A stretch of 15,272 bases of DNA from Octopus sinensis (taxonomy: Eukaryota): contig NW_021825512.1 of the NCBI RefSeq assembly GCF_006345805.1, forward strand, positions 1 through 15,272. Reading direction: 5' to 3'. A program made the position numbers and the translations under genes. Within the stretch, counting starts at the first letter, position 1. Each line of letters starts with the position of its first letter. The notes beneath the pieces are model-generated. The model made no database searches, had not been told where the DNA came from, and saw only the letters and a program-made list of their open reading frames with translations. Positions 8,720 to 15,272 of this stretch are shown here, in pieces.

Positions 8720-9112
8720 AATATATAAAAATACGTATAAATGCATATAAAATTACATATAAATACGAGAGGTGCAAAACGAATGAGAGGTTGATAAATA
8801 TAGGAATAAAAACGTCAGTTTTAAACTGACAAACCGCTTGAATCGTCTAAACATCAGTTATACACATAAATAATAAGACAGAAAATGTTCGAGGTCAGAA
8901 TTCTAAAACAAGTGATGACTAAATTTCGGGGTCGAAAACGCAAAAATTAAAGGATCCAAAATTGGAGGATGTCCCATATACGGCCGTTTCAGGAGTTCAT
9001 TACCGATCAAGGTTAAAAAATTATATAATCTATTTATGCAGTATCCCCTTCATCAGGATGATGTCCTCCTTGATTCAAATGTCATATTATTCTCCCTCGT
9101 TTGTACTTGGGG
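8720..9112 (-). mobile_element. PLE pseudo-LTR-like fragment with HHR (boundaries approximate)
   Basis: Lies between microsatellites and contains the HHR at 8964-9069. It has an 18-nt motif (9092-9109) shared with the PLE piece at 11774-11791. Confidence 0.5.
8964..9069 (-). ncRNA. Type I hammerhead ribozyme motif, intact core, long stem II and extended stem I
   Basis: GGAGGA-CA-TCATC | CTGATGA | AGGGG-A-TACTG...CGGTA-ATGAA-CTCCT | GAAAC | GGCC | GTA | TATGG-GACA-TCCTCC. Palindrome ACGGCCGT; the first stem I pair is a C-U mismatch. Confidence 0.7.
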
Positions 9113-9121
9113 TGTGTGTGT

Positions 9122-9154
<33 letters not shown>

Positions 9155-9216
9155 ATATATATATATATATATATATATACTAACTTCATTAAAAGGCAGC
9201 AAAATAATCACAAAAA

Positions 9217-9250
9217 CTATTACTCAGAGTGTCACGTTCCCGTTCGTCGG
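9217..9250 (-). ncRNA. Degenerate HHR motif (left palindrome arm)
   Basis: CCGACGA | ACG-GGAA-CGT | GACAC | TC-T-GA | GTA | ATAG. GAAA is mutated to GACA and the 5' strand of stem I is lost. Confidence 0.45.
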
Positions 9251-9252
9251 AA

Positions 9253-9290
9253 CTGTTCGACGAACGGGAACGTAAAACTCTGAGTAATAG
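9253..9290 (+). ncRNA. Degenerate HHR motif (right palindrome arm)
   Basis: CTGT | TCGACGA | ACG-GGAA-CGT | AAAAC | TC-T-GA | GTA | ATAG. All three stems pair, but the core has substitutions including G12A. Confidence 0.55.
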
Positions 9291-9390
9291 TTTTTGTGAT
9301 ATTTTTGGTGTATTTTATTAAACATATTACTCTACTTATAGTATTCGAGTACTATTTTTTCCACCTTGTTTCGCATTTATGTGCTTACCC

Positions 9391-9425
<35 letters not shown>

Positions 9426-9495
9426 ATCTCTTGAGCACCACCAGCTCAAATATTTTCTCCTCTGTCTTCCCTCCTTGGGATCTTTCCTTCTCCTT

Positions 9496-9530
9496 GTTTC
9501 CGACGAAGAGCTCCGCTCGAAACGTTAAAC
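9496..9530 (+). ncRNA. Minimal type I hammerhead motif with U4C core variant
   Basis: GTTT | CCGACGA | A-GAGC-TCC-GCTC | GAAAC | GTT | AAAC; palindrome AACGTT. Confidence 0.6.
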
Positions 9531-9572
9531 CCTCCTTCCCTTCTTTCCTGAGCGTCAATAATACTTTAATTG

Positions 9573-10660
9573 GGTTAATATCTAGATCCGCACCCGGTGG
9601 AAAAAATGGAAACGCAAATGTGTAACAGTTGTAAGGCATCGTATATTGACGGAATAAGACGTAAAAAAGGGCGTGACGAACTGGGGTGGGGTGGGGGGTC
9701 GGAAAATTCCCAGGATCAACCGTACAGGATCCACGCCCAGGTGGCAAAAATGGAAAAAATATGTGTAAGAGGTGTAAGGCATCGTATTTGAAGGAATATG
9801 ACGAAAAAAAAGCGCGCTGACAAACGGGGTGGGGGGTGGGGGGGCTCGGAAAATTGCCCCCGATTTAAAGAAAAATTTACCATCAATTTTCACCATTTAA
9901 AACGCATTGTTGGCATAAGGGAAGTAACTCTCTAAAAATCTCTATATATAAACGGCAGTTTTTCTGTGTGTCTGTCAGGTTTTACCCTCACCCTGACCAC
10001 GGCTTTCAACCGATTCTGATGAAACCTTGACACCAACATAGCCCAATGTCATAATTCAAAACTAACGCAGAGCGAAACTTTTGAAAAGTTCCCCCAGTTC
10101 TGAAAAAAATCGATAAATTCGACATGGGGTCGAGAATTTCAATTTTTTTGCTATTTCACATATTTTTCAATATTTTTGCTAAAAATGCTTTATAGTTATT
10201 TCCCTTACAAACCCGAGCAACGCCGGGCGATACTGCTAGTCTATATATATTTTTTTTTCCGAGCCCCCTCCCCCCCCGTTTGTCAGCGCGCTTTTTTTTC
10301 GTCATATTCCTTCAATATATGATGCCTTACACCTCTTAACCACACATTTTTTTCCATTTTTGCCACCTGGGCGTGGATCCTCTACGGTTGATCCTGGGAA
10401 TTTTCCGACCCCCCCCCCCCCCCGTTCGTCAGCGCCCTTTTTTTACGTCTTATTCCGTCAATATACGATGCCTTACAACTGTTCACATTTTAGATTCAGG
10501 TTGATCCTGGGAATTTTTCGACACCCCCACTCCCCCCTCCCCCACCCCCGTTCGTCAGCGCCCTTTTTTTCCGTCTTATTACGTCAATATACGATGCCTT
10601 ACAACTGTTACACATTTGCGTTTCCATGTTTTCCACCGGGTGCGGATCTAGATATTAACC
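9573..10660. mobile_element. Non-autonomous foldback-type DNA transposon with long modular TIRs and 8-bp TSD (superfamily uncertain: Merlin- or MULE-like)
   Basis: The terminal 32 bp are a perfect inverted repeat (GGTTAATATCTAGATCCGCACCCGGTGGAAAA); arms 9573-9853 and 10255-10660; TSD TTTAATTG at 9565-9572 and 10661-10668. Confidence 0.85.
9939..10239 (+). mobile_element. Non-autonomous Helitron (301 bp)
   Basis: 5' TC start after host A9938; subterminal hairpin CCCGAGCAACGCCGGG (10212-10227); 3' CTAG followed by host T10240; no TSD. Confidence 0.8.
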
Positions 10661-10985
10661 TTTAATTGTTCCACGTCCTGCGTTGCTGTGTTTTTTTCTC
10701 TCTTTTTTTTCTGTGTTTTCTGTTTGGATTAACTATATATATATACATATATAATATATATATTATATATATATTATATATATATATATATTATACATAT
10801 ATATATTATGTTTCTTGTTTTTTGTTTTTTTCTGTTTCTAGTCTTATTGTGATGTCCTGTACTTCTTCCGTATATTTTTATATATGCATGTATATATACA
10901 TGTAGATGTAGGTACGTACATATATGTTTGTATGTATGCATATATTTTTATTTATCTCCTATAAGATATATATATATAGATAAAA

Positions 10986-11178
10986 ATTCCCCAAAACAGA
11001 AAAATAGCTTTTAGCCAACACATAGATACTTTGCGCCAACAAAAAAACACCAAACTTCAGAATTTTCCCCCTCTACCAATTTAGGGACGATACAACCTCG
11101 AGACAACGAATAAGTAAAGAAAATCTCTTTATTACAAAATACAAGCCACTTCTTAACGGGTCTACGACAAACAATTAA
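10986..11178 (+). pseudogene. C-terminal fragment of a PLE GIY-YIG endonuclease, one frameshift
   Basis: IPQNRKIAFSQHIDT (+1 at 11031) CANKKTPNFRIFPLYQFRDDTTSRQRISKENLFITKYKPLLNGSTTNN*. Matches the HI..C..F.IFP.Y...R..KE..FI.KYKP.LN pattern ending PLE ORFs (recognised by eye; not in the ORF track). Confidence 0.7.
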
Positions 11179-11308
11179 TACCTCAACTTTAGAATAAAAG
11201 AAAAAATATATATACACACACAATACTACACTCAATAGAATCCATTACAATCAGCCCCTTCATAGCTATATTTACATTCATATTCTCCTCCTTTCTCTCT
11301 CTGTTTTT

Positions 11309-11310
<2 letters not shown>

Positions 11311-11341
<31 letters not shown>

Positions 11342-11542
11342 ATCATCATCGTTATCATCATCATCGGCATCATCATCATCGCCACCATCATCACCCCATC
11401 TTCTCCTTCTCCTCCTTCTTCTTCATCATCATCGTTATCATCATCATCGTCGTCATAATCATCACCACCATCACCATCATCGTCATCTTCTCCTTCTCCT
11501 TCTCCTTCTCCTTCTTCTTCTTCTTCTTCTTCTTCTTCTTCT
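11311..11542. repeat. Mosaic (CTT)/(CAT)/(CAC)/(CTCCTT) repeat with an 83-bp higher-order duplication
   Basis: CATCATCATCGTTATCATCATCATCG occurs at 11341-11366 and 11424-11449. Confidence 0.9.
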
Positions 11543-11890
11543 CCACCCCCTACCCCTTAAGTTTGTCACTAATGTTTTTTAGTATAACACCTACGCTAAT
11601 TCTATAAGAAGCCTGTCAATATAAATATTCTCCTGAATTGAACTGAGACTGCCAGCCGCCACTGACCATTCAAAATACGACCATCAGGGCACCTCCCAGA
11701 TTCTCCCACCCCCCTTTCCTCACCAGCCTTCTTTCTACTACCCTACCAAGAGCTCACACCTACCTCGAACACACAAGTGCAAACAAGGGAGTCAGAGAAA
11801 GGCAGAATGCCACTTAAATCTGAACACTACTATAGAAATTTCTTTTAAAAAAACTTTTCTTCTAATTTTTCTAAATTAATTATTTAATCG

Positions 11891-11934
11891 TTACAGTTGA
11901 AAAGGTCTCAAAATGACCGAAACCGGTACTGAAA
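11891..11934 (+). ncRNA. Degenerate minimal type I hammerhead motif
   Basis: TTACAG | TTGAAAA | GGTC-TCAAAAT-GACC | GAAAC | CG | GTA | CTGAAA. Core substitutions C3U and G8A; palindrome ACCGGT. Confidence 0.6.
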
Positions 11935-12154
11935 TGTTCACTATAAAATTATTTTAGCATTTCTATTTTTTACTTGTTTTTTCATATATATATATATATA
12001 TAATTTATATATAGAGGGCATAATTATACATACATGCCAGGAGGCATTATATATACCTGCCAAACGCTAAGAGGGACAATCAGTCATTTCTACCAAAAAT
12101 ATTACTAATCCATCCCACCGAATGGCTTTTTCAAGTAAGACATTAAAAATATAT

Positions 12155-12202
12155 AGGCCTGTATCACAGTGATTTCATACTTACGTAATCATCAGCAGGC
12201 CT
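12155..12202 (-). ncRNA. Type I hammerhead ribozyme, unit 1
   Basis: AGGCCTG | CTGATGA | T-TAC-GTAA-GTA-T | GAAA | T-CAC-T-GTG | ATA | CAGGCCT. 7-bp stem I, intact core, GUAA tetraloop, AUA triplet; predicted cut between 12162 and 12161. Confidence 0.85.
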
Positions 12203-12654
12203 GAATGTATTATAAATAAACAACGACCCTGCTCGCTTAAGCCGAACAGCTAACTGATCAACATCAACGAAGCACATGGGTGAGTTTATATATATTACAT
12301 CCGGGTGAATGGCAACTTTTACAAAAATGGCAAACTTTTACAAAATTGCATTTCGGGAGAGGAAAAGTTTTTTCGGAATAAAAATTTTTGCAATTAAGGA
12401 CACCTACTTAATAAGGAAAACTTAACAAGAAATTGTCAGGTAGATACGTAAAAACCTCATAAGAGAAAAAATTTCGAAAATATTATTTCTTATTGAACAT
12501 ATTAATTTATATATAGAGGGCATAATTATACATACATGCCAGGAGGCATTATATATACCTGCCAAACGCTAAGAGGGACAATCAGTCATTTCTACCAAAA
12601 TATTACTAATCCCACCGAATGCAATTTTTCAAAGTAAGACATTTAAAAATATAT

Positions 12655-12702
12655 AGGCCTGTATCACAGTGATTTCATACTTACGTAATCATCAGCAGGC
12701 CT
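12655..12702 (-). ncRNA. Type I hammerhead ribozyme, unit 2
   Basis: Identical to the unit 1 motif, offset +500. Confidence 0.85.
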
Positions 12703-13152
12703 GAATGTATTATAAATAAACAACGACCCTGCCTCGCTTAAGCCGAACAGCTAACTGATCAACATCAACGAAGCACATGGGTGAGTTTATATATATTACA
12801 TCCGGGTGAATGGCAAACTTTTACAAAAATGGCAAACTTTTACAAAATTGCATTTCGGGAGAGGAAAAGTTTTTTCGGAATAAAAATTTTGCAATTAAGG
12901 ACAACTACTTAATAAGGAAAACTTAACAAGAAATTGTCAGGTAGATAGCGTAAAAACCTCATAAGAGAAAATTTCGAAAATAATTATTTCTTATGAACAT
13001 ATTATTTATATATAGAGGGCATAATTATACATACATGCCAGGAGGCATTATATATACCTGCCAACCTAAGAGGGACAATCAGTCATTTCTACCAAAAATA
13101 TTACTAATCCCACCGAATGCAATTTTTCAAAGTAAGACATTTAAAAATATAT

Positions 13153-13198
13153 AGGCCTGTATCACAGTGATTTCATACTACGTAATCATCAGCAGGCT
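13153..13198 (-). ncRNA. Type I hammerhead ribozyme, unit 3 (two 1-nt deletions)
   Basis: Core intact; one base missing in loop II and one in stem I (possibly sequencing error). Confidence 0.75.
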
Positions 13199-13649
13199 GA
13201 ATGTATTATACATAAACAACGACCCTGCCTCGCTTAAGCCGAATAGCTAACTGATCAACATCAACGAAGCACATGGGTGAGTTTATATTATTACATCCGG
13301 TGAATGGCAAACTTTTACAAAAATGGCAAACTTTTACAAAATTGCATTTCGGGAGAGTAAAGTTTTTTCGAATAAAAATTTTGCAATTAAGGACAACTAC
13401 TTAATAAGGAAAACTTAACAAGAAATTGTCAGGTTAGATAGCGTAAAAACCTCATAAGAGAAAAAATTTCGAAAATAATTATTTCTTATTGAACATATTA
13501 ATTTATATATAGAGGGCATAATTATACATACATGCCAGGAGGCATTATATATACCTGCCAAACGCTAAGAGGGACAATCATTCATTTCTACAAAAATATT
13601 ACTAATCCCACCGATGCAATTTTTCAAAGTAAGACATTTAAAAATATAT

Positions 13650-13697
13650 AGGCCTGTATCACAGTGATTTCATACTTACGTAATCATCAGCAGGCCT
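13650..13697 (-). ncRNA. Type I hammerhead ribozyme, unit 4
   Basis: Identical to the unit 1 motif. Confidence 0.85.
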
Positions 13698-14022
13698 GAA
13701 TGTATTATAAATAACAACGACCCTGCCTCGCTTAAGCCGAACAGCTAACTGATCACATCAACGAAGCACATGGGTGAGTTTATATATATTACCATCCGGG
13801 TGAATGGCAAACTTTACAAAAATGGCAAACTTTTACAAAATTGCATTTCGGGAGAGAAAAGTTTTTTCGGAATAAAAATTTTGCAATTAAGGACAACTAC
13901 TTATAAGGAAAACTTAACAGAAATTTGTCAGGTAGATAGCTCGAAAAACCTCATAAGAGAAAAAATTTCGAAAATAATTATTTCTTATTGAACATATTAA
14001 TTATATATAGAGGGCATAATTA

Positions 14023-14030
<8 letters not shown>

Positions 14031-14095
<65 letters not shown>

Positions 14096-14132
14096 ATATA
14101 TTATGATATATTTATATTATATATATATATAT
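14031..14132. repeat. (TA)n microsatellite
   Basis: Direct reading of sequence. Confidence 0.95.
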
Positions 14133-14282
14133 TTGTAGCGTCTTACACTCATGTAAGTATATATTTGCACTCATGTATACATACGTACTCACACAAACAT
14201 ATCTCCATTCTTTTATTCTTTTCCATTGGAGCGTGGCCCACCCAGCACTTAATTTTAAATTCCTGAATATATTCTAAAAGGG

Positions 14283-14315
14283 TCTTTTGCCGAACCATTA
14301 AGTTATGGGGCGTAA
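14283..14315 (-). mobile_element. Small diverged SINE fragment
   Basis: TCTTTTGCCGAACCATTAAGTTATGGGGCGTAA matches TCTTTTGCCGAACCGCTGAGTTACAGGGACATAA at 14524-14557. Confidence 0.6.
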
Positions 14316-14401
14316 CTGGGTCGACAGTGATGTATACGTGTATATAAAAGCATGTACGCTTAAGTCTTTATATCTACATAAATATATTTTTATTTTCTTT
14401 T

Positions 14402-14622
14402 ATTCTTTTACTTGTTTCAGTCATTTGACTGCAGTTATGGTAGAGTGCCGCCTTAAAGGGTTTTAGTCGAAGAAATCGACCCCAGATTTATTCTTTGTAA
14501 GGTCAGAACTCATTTTATCGGTTTCTTTTGCCGAACCGCTGAGTTACAGGGACATAAACACACCAGCATCAGTTGTCAAGCGATGGTGGTGGTTGGGGGA
14601 CAAACACAGACATATACACACT
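14402..14622 (-). mobile_element. 3' half of an abundant octopus-type SINE
   Basis: Shares its terminus with 6077-6095 and an internal stretch with 14283-14315. Family and orientation recalled from memory of cephalopod repeats, not database-checked. Confidence 0.7.
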
Positions 14623-14671
14623 GATATATATAGTATATATATTATATATATATTAATATATAATATATAAT

Positions 14672-15272
14672 GGGGGGCAAAGGAAAGTGATTGCGTCTCT
14701 CATAGCCTCTCCTCTCCAGGTGTAATGATCGCTGCAGAACTTCTACCTGGCTGCGCCTTGCGGAAAGTTCTTGCTAATGGCCTCTGCCTGCACTGTGTCC
14801 ACAGCAGCACCTTCACGCGGTAACCCCCCTGTTCTCACTGAGCCTGCTTGTGGCGCGACCGGGTGCTTGGCGGTATAACCAGGTGGGCAGACTGGCTCGT
14901 TAGCCTTGGTTGGCAGCCAGTCTAGGAGAAGGAAAACTCTGACTCCAACCTCGCTCCGCTGCCTTGCGGATGCTCTTGGGAGAGGGAAAGGCTATGGGAG
15001 TAAACCCACGACAGAAAACCGGAGTGGAGCCCCGAAGGCGGTAGGGTGTCGAATCTCGAACCCTTCCGGCAACTCCTGCAGCCAACCAGACTCCAAACGT
15101 ACTGCACTGCATTCCTTTGGATTATGTCTGGGGGGGCCGAGAGGGAGATTCTGGTGTCTGGGCAGCCCAGTGTCTTCGTTTCTACCGCGCCAGGCTTGCG
15201 CCATGGAGAAACTACTCCATCGATGGAACAACTGAGATGGCAGTTACGAGTTATAAGCCAGGGTGAATTGGC
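14672..15272 (+). mobile_element. 5' UTR of an RTE-clade LINE (continues beyond the window)
   Basis: Abrupt GC-rich block after (TA)n. CCAGTCTAGGAGAAGGAAAACTCTGA (14917-14942) is a motif I recall from RTE 5' UTRs. No endonuclease/RT ORF inside the window. Confidence 0.6.
14687..14785 (+). ncRNA. Candidate degenerate HDV-like ribozyme
   Basis: Elements in HDV order: P1 GTGATTGC/GTAATGAT (one G-G mismatch), P3-L3 GCCT-CTCCTCTCC-AGGT, P4 CAGAACTT/AAGTTCTTG, J4/2 GCTAAT. P2 and P1.1 are weak. Confidence 0.4.

Larger units (their letters stand above)
9181..9391 (+). mobile_element. PLE-type repeat with an inverted, truncated 5' duplication forming a palindrome
   Basis: 9207-9253 vs 9255-9300 is a near-perfect inverted repeat (2 mismatches, 1 indel), extending with divergence to about 9181/9325. 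Flanked by (TA)n on both sides; ends ACCCTTATATA. Confidence 0.7.
9419..10730 (+). mobile_element. Short HHR-bearing PLE-type repeat split by a nested insertion (9419-9572 plus 10669-10730)
   Basis: (TA)n on both outer sides; HHR at 9496-9530; interrupted at the duplicated TTTAATTG. Confidence 0.6.
10983..11985 (+). mobile_element. 5'-truncated Penelope-like retroelement (GIY-YIG tail, 3' region, HHR)
   Basis: Endonuclease-like remnant and HHR on the same strand, with TA-rich runs on both flanks. Continuity across the 11311-11542 simple repeat is inferred. Confidence 0.55.
12001..14032 (-). repeat. Tandem array of four ~500-bp near-identical units plus a ~35-bp fifth start, one HHR per unit (retrozyme/satellite-like)
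   Basis: Units start at about 12001, 12503, 13003, 13499 and 13998; differences are mostly 1-bp indels; (TA)n on both flanks. Confidence 0.95.

Noticed and set aside
8911-8941. GTGATGAC...GTCGAAAAC, hammerhead-like spacing
   Set aside because: C3 is missing, stem II is out of register with the core, and there is no stem I/III pairing.
10017-10027. CTGATGAAAC inside the Helitron
   Set aside because: Core strings overlap with no room for stem II; ordinary Helitron internal sequence.
9391-10665. Proline/glycine-rich ORFs (9391-9747, 9582-9896, 9597-9791, 10360-10665), two starting MPPGRGS
   Set aside because: They are mirror-image translations of the foldback element's inverted arms and G/C runs, not a gene family.
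12001-14032. CRISPR array or protein-coding repeat (ORF 13770-13991)
   Set aside because: Units are wholly repeated with no unique spacers, the context is eukaryotic, and the ORF is not preserved in the other units.
14900-15235. Four overlapping ORFs in the GC-rich block
   Set aside because: Expected in GC-rich UTR sequence; no endonuclease or RT motifs are seen.

Overview
AT-rich, microsatellite-dense eukaryotic repeat DNA with no intact host protein-coding gene that I can support. The interspersed repeats resemble families I recall from Octopus/cephalopod genomes (inference, not database-checked). Most listed ORFs are (TA)n/(CA)n artefacts. Main discovery: 11 type I hammerhead-ribozyme (HHR)-like motifs in 7 separate, mostly (TA)n-flanked elements, all with a self-complementary stem III as in Penelope-like element (PLE) minimal HHRs that cleave as dimers. 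The best case is a ~500-bp x4 tandem array (12001-14032) with one HHR with an intact catalytic core per unit on the minus strand. This is a retrozyme/satellite-like design predicting 500/498/497-nt monomer, possibly circular, RNAs. Also present: a PLE GIY-YIG endonuclease 3' fragment co-oriented with an HHR; a three-layer nest (HHR repeat > foldback-type element with 8-bp TSD > Helitron); two internally deleted Tc1/mariner elements; tRNA-derived SINE pieces; and the 5' end of an RTE-like LINE with a candidate HDV-like ribozyme fold. Duplicated copies differ mainly by 1-bp indels, which suggests long-read consensus error, so single-base calls need read-level checking. All folds were paired by eye; none was computed or tested.
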